Part shown: piece after piece, positions 8,145-17,933 of the stretch | How the letters are laid out: every line of letters starts with the position of its first letter | Position numbering within the stretch: the stretch's first letter is position 1 | Source: an uncultured bacterium | Lineage (GTDB): Bacteria; Fermentibacterota; Fermentibacteria; Fermentibacterales; JCC-6 | Assembly: GCA_964607515.1 (NCBI GenBank) | Contig: CAZSKU010000003.1 | Location: 7,154-71,153 of the forward strand | Direction: 5' to 3' | Length of the DNA stretch: 64,000 bases | Notes under the pieces: generated by a model | Told to the model about the DNA's origin: nothing | Database searches by the model: none | The model's input: only the letters and a program-made list of their open reading frames with translations | Translations under genes and position numbers: made by a program

Positions 8145-9964
8145 CCGATACCGCCCCTCTCAGGAGAAGCGAAGTACCAGGGGAGGACACCTGGGACCTG
8201 ACGCCGATGTACAGCTCGGACCGACACTGGACCGCCGCCCTGGAAAAGGCGTCGCAACTCCCCGTGCAATCCTCCCGGTGGAAAGGCACCCTGGGCTCGT
8301 CTCCCGAGAACCTCGCGGCCGTCCTGGAGCAGGTCCTTCAGGCTAACAGAACGGTTGAAAAGCTCTACGTCTACGCCCACCTCAGACAGGACCAGGACCT
8401 TTCCGACTCCGGGGCGGTGGAGATGTTCGAGAAGGCGGCCGCCCTGAACGCCAGACTGATGGCCGAAACCAGCTACCTGGCCCCGGAGATTCTGGCCGTC
8501 CCCCCGGAGACCATGGAACGGTGGCTGCAACTGGACCTGCTGGCCCCCTACAGGACGTGGCTTGACGAGATTCTCAGGGCAAGACCCCACACCCTGGACG
8601 CCCCCCGGGAGGAGCTTCTGGCCAGGGCCTTCGAGGTTTCCCGCTGTTTCAGCGCAGCCTCGGGCAAGCTCACCAACGTGGAGATGCCCGCCAGGCTTCC
8701 GGCAGTCGCCGATGACTACGGCTCCAGGGTGAAACTCACCAACAGCAATTTCATCAGGCTTCTCACGGAAGGCTCCCGGGAGGTGCGCAGGAACGCTTAC
8801 CAGGGATTCTACAGGGAGCTCGCCGGAAACACCGCCACCCTGGCGGCCCTGCTGGAGGGCCAGGTGAAAGCCCACGTGTTCAACGCCCGGGCCAGGAACT
8901 TCCCTTCGGCCCTGGAGGCATCCCTGTTCAATGACCGTGTGGGCGGCGGGGTGTACCGGGAGCTGATCTGTTCGGTCCACAGGAACCTTCCCGCTCTCCA
9001 TCGTTACTACCGGCTGAAGAAGCGGATCCTCGGGCTCGACCGACTGGCCATGTACGACCTGTACGCCCCCATCGCCGGTGAAAGCCCCAGGCGCTACACC
9101 TTCCCGGAAGCGGCGGACCTGACTCTGGAAGCTGTGAAACCTTTGGGCGGCGTCTATGAGAAAACCCTGGCTCAGGGCATAGAGAACCGGTGGATCGACC
9201 GGTACGAAAACGTAGGAAAACGCTCCGGAGCATATTCAAGCGGATGCTACGACAGCGCCCCGTACATTCTTATGAACTTCACCGGCACCCTGGACTCGGT
9301 GTTCACCCTGGCCCACGAGGCCGGACACTCCATGCACAGCAATTTCTCCCGGAAGAACCGTTCCTACCAGGAATCGGACTATCCCATCCTTCTGGCGGAG
9401 GTGGCCAGCATTACCAACGAGGTGCTGCTCTTCGAGCACCTGGTCAGGCAGGCGTCCGGACCCGAGGAGCTGGTGCCGGTTCTGGACCACCTTGTGAACG
9501 CCTTCCGGTCCACCCTGTTCCGGCAGGCCATGTTCGCCGAGTTCGAACTGCTGATCCACGAGCACGTAGAGGCGGACGGCGTTCTCACACCGGACTTCCT
9601 CAGGGAGAGCTACTACTCCCTGGTGAAGGCATACCACGGGGACGCCTTCGCCTGGGACGACACCGACGCAATGATCGGGACCGAGTGGGCCCGGGTCCCC
9701 CATTTCTATTACAATTTCTATGTTTACAAGTACGCCACCGGCATGGCCTCCGCGGTGGCCGCGGGCGAGGCCGTCCTCCGGGGGGCCGACGGGTACGTGG
9801 ACAGATACATGGATTTCCTGGGGGGAGGCCGGAGCAGACCCCCGCTGGACCAGCTCAAGGGGATCGGAATCAACCTGGAGTCCCCGGAACCGGTGGACAC
9901 CGCGGTTGCCCGGTTCGCCCGGACCGTGGCGATGCTGGAGGAAACGCTTGGGCAAAAAGGATAG
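8141..9964 (+). CDS. pepF: Oligoendopeptidase F (M3B family)
   Basis: ~600 aa with the HExxH zinc motif 'FTLAHEAGHSMHS'. Overall PepF architecture. ATGA overlap with the upstream thioesterase. Confidence 0.9.
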   Translation: MTDTAPLRRSEVPGEDTWDLTPMYSSDRHWTAALEKASQLPVQSSRWKGTLGSSPENLAAVLEQVLQANRTVEKLYVYAHLRQDQDLSDSGAVEMFEKAAALNARLMAETSYLAPEILAVPPETMERWLQLDLLAPYRTWLDEILRARPHTLDAPREELLARAFEVSRCFSAASGKLTNVEMPARLPAVADDYGSRVKLTNSNFIRLLTEGSREVRRNAYQGFYRELAGNTATLAALLEGQVKAHVFNARARNFPSALEASLFNDRVGGGVYRELICSVHRNLPALHRYYRLKKRILGLDRLAMYDLYAPIAGESPRRYTFPEAADLTLEAVKPLGGVYEKTLAQGIENRWIDRYENVGKRSGAYSSGCYDSAPYILMNFTGTLDSVFTLAHEAGHSMHSNFSRKNRSYQESDYPILLAEVASITNEVLLFEHLVRQASGPEELVPVLDHLVNAFRSTLFRQAMFAEFELLIHEHVEADGVLTPDFLRESYYSLVKAYHGDAFAWDDTDAMIGTEWARVPHFYYNFYVYKYATGMASAVAAGEAVLRGADGYVDRYMDFLGGGRSRPPLDQLKGIGINLESPEPVDTAVARFARTVAMLEETLGQKG

Positions 9965-11699
9965 TCCCGACCATCTCCTGAACCTGCTTCTCGGCAGCGG
10001 CCAGGACCTGATCACCGTGAAGGACTGCGCCCTCCGCTGCACCACCGTGAGTTCATCCCTGGCGGAGTTCTTCGGCTTCGACGACACCTTCGCCTTCCGG
10101 GGGAAAACCCTGGGCGAGGTTCTCGGGGAGGACACGGCCAGGGAGGAGGAGATCGCGGACCGGCAGGTTCTGGACAGCATGGAGACCAGGACGGTTCTGT
10201 TGAACTACCGGTCTTCCGACGGAAGCGTGCACGATTTCCAGTGCCTCAAGAGCCCCCTGTTCCAGACCGACGGAAGCCTGTGGGGAATTCTCAGCGTCAG
10301 TCGCGACACAACCGAGAGGGAGTCCCGCCTTAAGAAACTTCAGGCAGACGCCGCGGTAAACGAGGCGGTTATCATGAACGCCCCCCTGGGAGTCTCCGTG
10401 AGGGATTCCGCAGGCAATCTCGTGATGGTGAACGACGCCTGGAAGAAGATCTGGGCCCTGCAGGACCAGGAGGTCAGACAGGACATGGACAAACGCCGCC
10501 CCGGCGTCCAGTTCGATGAAACCGACAGCTACCTGGGCGGTTACACCCAGGAGGTCAGCAAGATATACAACGAGGGTGGTCAGCTCTACATTCCCCAGCT
10601 CCGGGTGAAGGAACCCAGGCCAGGAGGTGCATCCTGGGTCAGCCACCACTACTACGCCCTGCACGACGGACAGGGCGATGTGGACAAGGTGGTGGTTCTT
10701 ACGGAAGACCTGACCGAGCAGGTCAGGAGCAGAAGGGCCCTGGAGCAGAGCCAGATCAACTACAGAAACCTTTCGGAAAACGTTCCCGCGGGAATCTTCT
10801 CGGCGGAACTCAGGGTCGGGGGCCCCATCCTCTTCTGCAACCCCGCCTTCAAGCGAATGTTCGGTTTCCAGGAACACGAGACTCCCGTAGGGATGCCCCT
10901 GGAAGCCTTCGTAAGCGACCCGGACTTCTCCGCAGAGGCCATCCCGGGGCTTCTGGACACCGGCAGGGCCGACGACGTGGAACTTCTGATGCACCGGGCT
11001 GACGGCGGCGACTTCTGGGGTTCCATGACCATAAGGCTCCACAGCACCGACGACACCCTGATAATGCAGGGCGTCATAACCGACATCAGCCACCGGCGGG
11101 AGTCCCTGGAGAAGCTTCACAAGACGGTTATGGGAACGGTCTCCGCCATGGGCCGGCTGGTGGACATGAAAGACCCCTACACCGCCGGTCATCAGGAGCG
11201 GGTTGCCCATCTTGCAACGGCGATAGCCACCGAGGCCGGACTGAGCCCCGAAAGGATCGAAGGGGTTAACATCGCGGGAAAACTCCATGACATAGGCAAG
11301 ATGTGCGTTCCCGCGGAAATCCTCACCAAACCCGGAGCCGTCTCGTCGGAGGAGATGCGCCTTCTGAAAACCCACCCGGCAAGCGGCTACAATATCCTGC
11401 GGAACATCGAGTTTCCGTGGCCGGTTGCGGACTACGTGCTCCAGCACCATGAGAGGCTGGACGGGAGCGGATACCCCTCGGGGCTCACGGACAGGGACAT
11501 CTGCATCGAGGCCAAGATTCTGGCTGTGGCCGACGTGGTCGAGGCCATGGCCACCCGAAGGCCGTACCGGGCCGGCAAGGGCATCCACGAGGCGTTGCAG
11601 ACGGTGACCATGGGGTCCGGAATCCTCTATGACAGGAAGATGACCGAGATCTGCGTGCACCTGTTCATGCAGAGGGGCTACGCCCTCCCACCCTACTGA
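9948..11699 (+). CDS. PAS-PAS-HD-GYP c-di-GMP phosphodiesterase (TTG start inferred)
   Basis: Two PAS-like blocks, then an HD-GYP domain: 'HQERVAHLATAIA', 'KLHDIGKMCVP', 'HHERLDGSGYPSGL'. GGAGGA lies 7 nt before the TTG at 9948, overlapping the pepF stop. The only in-frame ATG is inside pepF. Confidence 0.8.
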   Translation: MGKKDSPDHLLNLLLGSGQDLITVKDCALRCTTVSSSLAEFFGFDDTFAFRGKTLGEVLGEDTAREEEIADRQVLDSMETRTVLLNYRSSDGSVHDFQCLKSPLFQTDGSLWGILSVSRDTTERESRLKKLQADAAVNEAVIMNAPLGVSVRDSAGNLVMVNDAWKKIWALQDQEVRQDMDKRRPGVQFDETDSYLGGYTQEVSKIYNEGGQLYIPQLRVKEPRPGGASWVSHHYYALHDGQGDVDKVVVLTEDLTEQVRSRRALEQSQINYRNLSENVPAGIFSAELRVGGPILFCNPAFKRMFGFQEHETPVGMPLEAFVSDPDFSAEAIPGLLDTGRADDVELLMHRADGGDFWGSMTIRLHSTDDTLIMQGVITDISHRRESLEKLHKTVMGTVSAMGRLVDMKDPYTAGHQERVAHLATAIATEAGLSPERIEGVNIAGKLHDIGKMCVPAEILTKPGAVSSEEMRLLKTHPASGYNILRNIEFPWPVADYVLQHHERLDGSGYPSGLTDRDICIEAKILAVADVVEAMATRRPYRAGKGIHEALQTVTMGSGILYDRKMTEICVHLFMQRGYALPPY

Positions 11700-12235
11700 T
11701 CCGAAATCACCCGGGATATCATTCCCCGGACCTCCTCCAGGGAGACTCCGGTGTCGAAGCAGTCACCGTGGGGGCGCAGGTTGGCCACGCCCAGAACCGG
11801 AATGGGAAGAGCGTCGAGAATGCCCTGGCCCAGATCCCTCGGACAGGCCACCGCCACCACGATCCCCGGCTTCCTCTCCCGCAGCAGCCTTCGGGCGAGG
11901 GTTCCGCCGGTGGCAATCCCCGCCGTTACGCCGAGTTCCCTGGAAAGAGCCGAGAGATCGCCGATGGGGCATTTCCCGCACTCCCTGCAGTTGTCCATGG
12001 CGAAAGTGATCCTGTGAGGGCAGCCGTGGAACTGCAGACAGTGGGGAAGCAGCAGGAGTATGCCCCCGGGAGGGGATTTGAAACCTGATTTCAGGGTCCT
12101 CCGGTTCACCATGGTTACCACCCTCTTCTCCGGCTCCTCCCTTCCCATGAGGTTCAGAGTCTCCAGGAGCTTCAGGAGAAGGTAGAACACCTTCACCCGA
12201 AGGCAGAAGAGACCGGGAAGCCTGTTCCTCCTCAC
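11693..12235 (-). CDS. DUF116-family protein
   Basis: 'ILLLLPHCLQ...CRECGKCPIGDL...GIATGGTLARR...IVVAVACPRDL'. It sits immediately downstream of fmt, the usual DUF116 context. Confidence 0.65.
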   Translation of the reverse strand: MRRNRLPGLFCLRVKVFYLLLKLLETLNLMGREEPEKRVVTMVNRRTLKSGFKSPPGGILLLLPHCLQFHGCPHRITFAMDNCRECGKCPIGDLSALSRELGVTAGIATGGTLARRLLRERKPGIVVAVACPRDLGQGILDALPIPVLGVANLRPHGDCFDTGVSLEEVRGMISRVISDQ

Positions 12236-13134
12236 GACCCCGGGGTCCCCCTGACCCCCCGCAGGAACGAACCGGCGTCCATTGGACGGCCCGACTCGGG
12301 CTGCACCTCCAGGAGTTCCAGCATGCCCTCCGCCGCCGCCGCCAGAAGCCTGCCTCCGGTATCGGTGAAGGTCCCGGCTTCCCCGGATCCGTCAATCCTC
12401 CGGGCGCGATGAACCTTCAGCACCTTTCCGCGGAAGATGGTCCATGCCCCGGGACAGGGATTGAAGGCCCTGACGGCTCTTTCCAGCTCTTCGGCGGAGC
12501 GGTTCCAGTCCAGCCGGGCGTCTTCCCTGGAAATCTTCTCGGCATAGGTGCCCTCCCCTGCCTGGGGCACCGGCCTGAGCCTGCCCGAGGCGTAGTCCAT
12601 GAGAACCGGGAGGATCCGGTCAGCAGCGATGAGCGCGAGCCTGGCGGAGAGTTCTCCCGCGGTCTCGCCGGGCAGCACTCCGGTTTCGACCGTGCTCAGC
12701 AGGGGTCCGGTGTCCCATCCCGAGTCGGTGATCATGAAGGATACCCCGGTTGCTTTTCTTCCCGCGAGAATGGTCCTGGCCACCGGCGCCGCCCCCCGGA
12801 AGTCCGGGAGGAGGGAGGGATGAACGTTGACAACCCCGAGGGAGGAGGATCTCAGAAGGCTTCCGGGAAGCCAGCATCCGTATGCGGCGCTCACCATGCC
12901 GTCCACGGAGGGATTGTCCAGGGCTTCCGGGTCGGGTTTCTCCGGTTTTGCCACCCGGAGACCGAGCCTCGCCGCGGCCAGGGCCACGGGGGTGCAGGAA
13001 GCCTTGCGTCCCCTGCCGGCACGGCTGTCCGGCCTGGTGACCACCGCCTTGATGTTGATTTCAGGGGAGCCTGCCAGCACTTCCAGGATGGGTACGGCGA
13101 AATCGGAGGAACCCAGAAAGAGCAGCCTCAGCAA
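12232..13134 (-). CDS. fmt: Methionyl-tRNA formyltransferase (TTG start inferred, overlapping the def stop)
   Basis: 'LRLLFLGSSDFAVPILEVL', '...GVVNVHPSLLPDFRGAAPV' formyltransferase core, C-terminal Fmt domain. The long ORF upstream of the TTG is an N-terminal extension artefact. Confidence 0.85.
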   Translation of the reverse strand: MLRLLFLGSSDFAVPILEVLAGSPEINIKAVVTRPDSRAGRGRKASCTPVALAAARLGLRVAKPEKPDPEALDNPSVDGMVSAAYGCWLPGSLLRSSSLGVVNVHPSLLPDFRGAAPVARTILAGRKATGVSFMITDSGWDTGPLLSTVETGVLPGETAGELSARLALIAADRILPVLMDYASGRLRPVPQAGEGTYAEKISREDARLDWNRSAEELERAVRAFNPCPGAWTIFRGKVLKVHRARRIDGSGEAGTFTDTGGRLLAAAAEGMLELLEVQPESGRPMDAGSFLRGVRGTPGS

Positions 13135-13637
13135 CTCTCCTCCCGGATCCTCCTCAGCCTGTTCCGAAGGAACTTCCTCTTGAGAGCCCCCATCCTGTCC
13201 ACCAGGAGAACTCCCTCCAGGTGGTCGAATTCGTGCTGGGCCAGTCTGGCGGCCAGGCCGGTGAGTTCGAGGACGATGGGTTCCCAGTTCCTGTCCAGGG
13301 CCCGGATCAGCACCCCGTGGCTTCTGTCCACGTCCGCCCATATGCCGGGAAAACTCAGACACCCCTCCTCCCCCCGGACCTGGGGGCCGAAGGGTTCCAG
13401 TTCAGGGTTTACGAACACGGTGTGTCCCGCCAGGGGAAGCCCCGTGTCCTCGCCGGCGATGAACACCCGCACCGGTTCCCCCGCCTGGGGACCCGCCAGC
13501 CCCAGGCCGTCGTGTTCCCGGAGAATGGTCTTCATGTCGAGCAGCAGGGTCTTCAGGAAATCGTCATCTTTTCCGGGCTCCAGAGGTCGGCAGCGCTCCC
13601 TCAGCACATCACGGCCGTAAAGAACGATTTCTCTCAT
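13128..13637 (-). CDS. def: Peptide deformylase
   Basis: The three PDF motifs 'GLAGPQ', 'EGCLSFPG' and 'HEFDHLEG'. Confidence 0.9.
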   Translation of the reverse strand: MREIVLYGRDVLRERCRPLEPGKDDDFLKTLLLDMKTILREHDGLGLAGPQAGEPVRVFIAGEDTGLPLAGHTVFVNPELEPFGPQVRGEEGCLSFPGIWADVDRSHGVLIRALDRNWEPIVLELTGLAARLAQHEFDHLEGVLLVDRMGALKRKFLRNRLRRIREESC

Positions 13638-14017
13638 TTCGTGTCCGGCTCGCCCGCTTCCTGGGAGGATTCCACCACCGTCAGGGATGTCTTGTCCACG
13701 TCCACCTTCACGCTCTCGGCGATCCGGACCGTGGCAACCGATCCCTTGATGTTGGTCACCACTCCGTGGATACCCCCAGCGGTCACCACGCTGTCCCCCC
13801 GCTTCATGGCCTCCCTCATCTGGGTGAGCTTCTTCTGCTGCTTCTGCTGGGGCCTGATGATCAGGAAATAGAAGATGGCCACCATGGCTATGATCGGCAG
13901 GAATCCGGTTATTCCGCCGGACCCCAGGCAGCCGGCCTGGGCCGGATCCTGGGCGGACTGTTCCTGGGCCATGAGGCCCGCTGCGGCCGCCAGAGGCAGG
14001 GTCGTGAAAATCCTCAT
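13634..14017 (-). CDS. yajC: Preprotein translocase subunit YajC
   Basis: Signal/TM segment, then 'RPQQKQQKKLTQMREAMKRGDSVVTAGGIHGVVTNI'. Confidence 0.85.
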   Translation of the reverse strand: MRIFTTLPLAAAAGLMAQEQSAQDPAQAGCLGSGGITGFLPIIAMVAIFYFLIIRPQQKQQKKLTQMREAMKRGDSVVTAGGIHGVVTNIKGSVATVRIAESVKVDVDKTSLTVVESSQEAGEPDTK

Positions 14018-14028
14018 TCCGTTTCTCC

Positions 14029-14931
14029 CTATTTGTTTCCGCCGAAGGCGGCCTTTCCGGGCCTGATGCCCAGAGCTGCCCCCACGGCGCCGGTGGCGCC
14101 CCCCAGGAGTACCACCGCCCAGAACAGCTCCGGGGGCAGGAACGAATGGCCCACCGCCCCCTGGAGCATCATACTCAGTATCGCTGATATCAGCAGGCCC
14201 CCAAGGGCTCCGGCCAAGCCGGTGACGGTACCCTCGATCAGGAAGGGGGCGGTGATGAACCAGCCTGGTGCCCCGACTATGCTCATTATCTCCACGGTAA
14301 GGGACCTCTGCACCGCTGAAAGCCGCACGGTGTAAGCCACCACCATGGCTATGCTCACCGCAAGCACCGCTCCCAGGAAGACCAGGAGCTTCCGGAAGGC
14401 TGACACGGTACTCGTCAGGCCGGGAAGGTACTCCTCCCCGTACACCGCCTCGGAAACCCCTGCCATGGCGGAGATGGCCGCCGCCATGGATCTGACGCCG
14501 TCCTCGTTGTCCCAGCCGGGATCCAGGGACACCTGTATCGAGGCGGGAAGGCTGAACCTGCCGGAAAGAAGGTCCAGGAGCCTCTCCTGTTCCGGCATTT
14601 CCGCCCGGAACAGCGCCTCGGCCTCCTGCACGGACACGTAGTACACCGACCTGACTCCCCGCATGCCGCTGATCAGGTCGGCCAGCGCCCTGCCTCCTGC
14701 AGGGGTGACTTCCGGGTCGAGAAACGCCTCGATCCTCACCGCCTGGAGTTCCCTGCGGAGCATCTCCTCAAGGTTCCAGCTCACCAAAAGGAAGGAGTTG
14801 AATACCACGAACGCAAGACTGACCATCACCAGGGTGACCGCCCGGGCCCCCGGTCTGCTGCCCAGGTGTCCCAGGGTTTCCCTCGCCAGGGCGTTCCAGA
14901 GACTCACCTCTCCTCCTCCAGATCGCTCCAT
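14029..14931 (-). CDS. ftsX: Cell-division ABC transporter permease FtsX
   Basis: Four-TM FtsX topology with a large periplasmic loop. Downstream of, and overlapping, ftsE. Confidence 0.85.
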   Translation of the reverse strand: MERSGGGEVSLWNALARETLGHLGSRPGARAVTLVMVSLAFVVFNSFLLVSWNLEEMLRRELQAVRIEAFLDPEVTPAGGRALADLISGMRGVRSVYYVSVQEAEALFRAEMPEQERLLDLLSGRFSLPASIQVSLDPGWDNEDGVRSMAAAISAMAGVSEAVYGEEYLPGLTSTVSAFRKLLVFLGAVLAVSIAMVVAYTVRLSAVQRSLTVEIMSIVGAPGWFITAPFLIEGTVTGLAGALGGLLISAILSMMLQGAVGHSFLPPELFWAVVLLGGATGAVGAALGIRPGKAAFGGNK

Positions 14932-15590
14932 CTGCCCGAGTCGGCGAGTCTTCCGCCGTCGAGGAAGAGAAACCTGGCGCTTCCCGGGGGAATTCTTCGG
15001 GGATCGTGGGTTGCCATCACCACCGCCGTTCCTCCCCGGTTGATGTCCATAAGCTGCGAGATGACCCTGGCGGAGGCGTCAGGATCCAGGTTCCCCGTGG
15101 GTTCGTCCGCCAGTAGAATCTCCGGGTGAGCCACCATGGCTCTGGCGATGGCCACCCTCTGCTGCTCGCCTCCGGCGAGCTGGTGGGGAAGGGAGTTCCT
15201 GCGATGGCTGAGACCCATCATGGCCAGAAGGCTGAACACCCGCTTCCTCACAGCCCGGCTGGAAGAGCCCGACACAGCCAGGGGAAGCGCCACGTTGTCG
15301 AAAACCGTCCTGTCCGGCAGGAGCCTGAAATCCTGAAAAACTATCCCTATCCTGCGCCGGAGCCTGGGAAAGTGCCCGGGTTTCATCATATCGCTTCTGT
15401 AACCGGCCACCTGGACCACTCCGCGGTCCGGCAGGTCGCCCATCCATATCAGCCTGAGAAGGGTGGTTTTCCCGGCTCCGCTGGGCCCGGAAACCACGAC
15501 GAACTCCCCCGCCGCGACCTGCAGACTGACCTGATCCAGCGCCGGCCAGCGGCCGTAGCTCCTGGAGACGTTCTGGATATCAATCAGCAT
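14904..15590 (-). CDS. ftsE: Cell-division ABC transporter ATP-binding protein FtsE
   Basis: Walker A 'GPSGAGKTTLLRL', ABC signature 'LAGGEQQRVAIARA', Walker B 'ILLADEPTGNLD'. Confidence 0.9.
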   Translation of the reverse strand: MLIDIQNVSRSYGRWPALDQVSLQVAAGEFVVVSGPSGAGKTTLLRLIWMGDLPDRGVVQVAGYRSDMMKPGHFPRLRRRIGIVFQDFRLLPDRTVFDNVALPLAVSGSSSRAVRKRVFSLLAMMGLSHRRNSLPHQLAGGEQQRVAIARAMVAHPEILLADEPTGNLDPDASARVISQLMDINRGGTAVVMATHDPRRIPPGSARFLFLDGGRLADSGRWSDLEEER

Positions 15591-15849
15591 CCGGGTTTTC
15601 TCCCACCACCGTGAAAAGAGACGACCTTCCGGCCCTGGAGACGCTCCTGGATTCGGGAACCGATTCCACCCGGAATGTGAGGGTGTCTCCCTGGGGTCGA
15701 ACCACCGTCACCACGGAACCGGGAAAAACCCTTGAGGCGCTCTTGGCCGTTTTCCCGTCTATCGTTACGGCGCCCGATCCGCAGGCCCTGTCGGCCAGGG
15801 ACCTGGTCTTCAGGATACCGGAAAGCTTCAGGAAAAGGTCTATTCTCAT
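15580..15849 (-). CDS. S4-domain RNA-binding protein
   Basis: 'MRIDLFLKLSGILKTRSLADRACGSGAVTIDGKTAKSASRV' is an S4 fold. Confidence 0.65.
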   Translation of the reverse strand: MRIDLFLKLSGILKTRSLADRACGSGAVTIDGKTAKSASRVFPGSVVTVVRPQGDTLTFRVESVPESRSVSRAGRSSLFTVVGENPDAD

Positions 15850-17108
15850 TCGACTCCCGGGTAGAAGACCGGAATCTCAGCCCGAAGCGAATCCAGGGTC
15901 TGCCGAAAGGAACTCTGCCAGATGTACGACGACACCGCCGATTCCAGGTCCTCCCTGGAATAACCGGAAAAATCGGGCGTCTGGTCCTCGGACAGCCTGA
16001 AAATGGCCAGGGCTGAACCCCCTTCCATGGGCAGGGGCTCGGTTATCTCCCCGGGTGACAGCCTTTCCACGGGCCCCGAAAGACTCTCATCCCATGCGCT
16101 CAGGAATACCGTGCCCAGTTCGCCGCCCCGGTACCTGGTCTCCGGATCGAGGCTGTACCGGGCCGCAGCCTGGACGAAGGATATCCCGCCCGTCGTCAGA
16201 GAGTCGCGAAGGGCTCCGGCCAGGGTTTTGACCCGTTCCCTGTCCAGGTCCTCCAGGGGCACCAGCCTGAGGATGTGGCTTGCCCTAAGGCTGTCGCCGC
16301 TCCGGTCTGTCATCATCACCAGATGCACACCGAAGGGTGTGACGAAGGGGCCCGCCATCTCCCCGGGGGACAGATCGGCGATCCTGGCCTCGAAGGCCGG
16401 AGTCATGTCGCCGGGGCTGAACCAGTTCAGATCTCCGCCGGTCCGGGCGGTGGCGTCTTGGGAGTACTCCATTGCCATGGATTCGAAGTCGGCCTGTCCC
16501 GATTCAACCCTGCCTCGAACCCCGGCCAGCAGGCTTTCCGCCTCCGCGGTGGCTCCGGGAAGGACGGGAAGGTAGATCCATTCCAGGTTCACGACCCCCA
16601 TCTCCTCCCGGAAGGCCTCCATGTTTTCCATCAGGTATCCGGCCGGGTCCGAGGGCATGGATGCGCCGGCGGAGCCGCCGACGGTTCTTGCGAAGTTCTC
16701 CGCGGCGATTCTGTGGGCAATGGTGGTCTGCAGGAGTTCCCGGTAGGTGGCGACGGAGAGTCCAGTGCCCGCCAGGGCCTGTTGAAAGGCAGCTTCACTG
16801 GCGTACTCCTCCCGACGCTGGGCAAGGAACCGCTCCACACTCTGGCTGATCTCCGCGGCGGTGGGGTACAGCCCGTTCCGCCGGGCGGCCTCCACGAGAA
16901 GCTTCTCGTCCACCAGCTCCGCCAGGGCCGCGTCGTACAGCACCTCCCCGGGACCCATCCCCCGGGCGGCGGCGGGTTCCACTCCGGACTCCGAAAGGAG
17001 GGCCACCACATCGGAATGGAGGATGGGCACCGTACCAACCACCGCGGATACTCCGTCAAGGAGGGCCGGTTCCCCGGCCAGCGTCAGAAGGATAAGGGAT
17101 AGCATCAC
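15846..17108 (-). CDS. Periplasmic SurA/PpiD-like chaperone with parvulin PPIase domain
   Basis: Signal peptide, SurA-N-like region, parvulin motif 'GGDLNWFSPGDMTPAFE...PFVTPFGVHLV'. Confidence 0.8.
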   Translation of the reverse strand: MMLSLILLTLAGEPALLDGVSAVVGTVPILHSDVVALLSESGVEPAAARGMGPGEVLYDAALAELVDEKLLVEAARRNGLYPTAAEISQSVERFLAQRREEYASEAAFQQALAGTGLSVATYRELLQTTIAHRIAAENFARTVGGSAGASMPSDPAGYLMENMEAFREEMGVVNLEWIYLPVLPGATAEAESLLAGVRGRVESGQADFESMAMEYSQDATARTGGDLNWFSPGDMTPAFEARIADLSPGEMAGPFVTPFGVHLVMMTDRSGDSLRASHILRLVPLEDLDRERVKTLAGALRDSLTTGGISFVQAAARYSLDPETRYRGGELGTVFLSAWDESLSGPVERLSPGEITEPLPMEGGSALAIFRLSEDQTPDFSGYSREDLESAVSSYIWQSSFRQTLDSLRAEIPVFYPGVE

Positions 17109-17923
17109 AGGTTGACCTCGCAGTCGAATCTCAGGGAAGCGCCGGAAGCCACGCTGTCCAGCGCCGCCTCGAGCCTCTGGTTGAACAGGTATTCACGAAC
17201 CATGGCCGCCACCCGGGTGGTATCCTCCAGGGGGCGGGTGTCGGTGGCCATCAGAATCTGCCAGCCCCCGGGGGTTTCGTAGACAGGGCTCACTCCCTGG
17301 AGTTGAGCGGTCTCCCGGGGTAGACCGGCCAGAAAGAGCTCCCCCCCGGTCACGAAACCGAGGTCCCCCCCCACGGCGGCTTTCTGGCTCAGGGATACTC
17401 TCTGGGCGGTGGTCTGGAAGTTGTCGCCCCCGGCGAGCCTGCGGTGGATGGAGTCGGCCAAAGCGCTGTCCGCCAGGAGAATATGGTAGTAATGCCTTTC
17501 CAGAAGGAACTCGCCGGGATTGCTTTGCATGTAGGCCAGCGCCTCCTGTTCCGTGGGTGTAGCCAGGGAGCCCTCCAACCTGTCCACCATCAGGTCCCTG
17601 AGGTAGACCTGCCGGGCCCGGTGCTGCAGAAGCCCGCTCAGCCGGGGATTTTCCAGCCCGGCCTCCTCGGCGGCCCTGGCCAGGAGTTCGTCCCGGCTCC
17701 ATTCCCGCACATCGCCTGGATCGAGGCCGAGCAGGGGAAGGTCTTCCATGTAGAGAACCGCGTCGCCTACCCGGGCAGCCACGGCTCCCTCCGCCGGGAG
17801 AGCCTCCCCGGACCCGCCGGGGCCGGCAAAGTCGGCCTTCAGCAGGGGAACAGCCACCAGAACCGTAACCGCCGCCATCCCGGCGGAGAGCGCCGGAAAG
17901 ACCCACCGGGGAAAGCTGTTCAT
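17105..17923 (-). CDS. Periplasmic parvulin-like peptidyl-prolyl isomerase
   Basis: Signal peptide, then 'GGDLGFVTGGELFLAGLPRETAQLQGVSPVYETPGGWQIL'. Confidence 0.7.
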   Translation of the reverse strand: MNSFPRWVFPALSAGMAAVTVLVAVPLLKADFAGPGGSGEALPAEGAVAARVGDAVLYMEDLPLLGLDPGDVREWSRDELLARAAEEAGLENPRLSGLLQHRARQVYLRDLMVDRLEGSLATPTEQEALAYMQSNPGEFLLERHYYHILLADSALADSIHRRLAGGDNFQTTAQRVSLSQKAAVGGDLGFVTGGELFLAGLPRETAQLQGVSPVYETPGGWQILMATDTRPLEDTTRVAAMVREYLFNQRLEAALDSVASGASLRFDCEVNL

Positions 17924-17933
17924 TAACCCCCTC

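Noticed and set aside
10053-11660. 535-aa ORF antisense to the HD-GYP gene
   Set aside because: It lies entirely inside, and opposite to, a gene with strong PAS/HD-GYP motifs. GC-rich DNA generates long stop-free antisense frames. There are no recognisable motifs, and the composition is Arg/Gly/Pro-rich.
12232-13362. Long N-terminal extensions on fmt, aroE (43524..44672), tyrS, dapB, memo, the PilX-like genes and the repeat lipoprotein
   Set aside because: Conserved N-termini of these families begin at internal ATG/GTG/TTG codons that have SD-like sequences at correct spacing. The extensions are low-complexity and lack signal or TM logic where the mature protein clearly needs an N-terminal signal or pilin motif.
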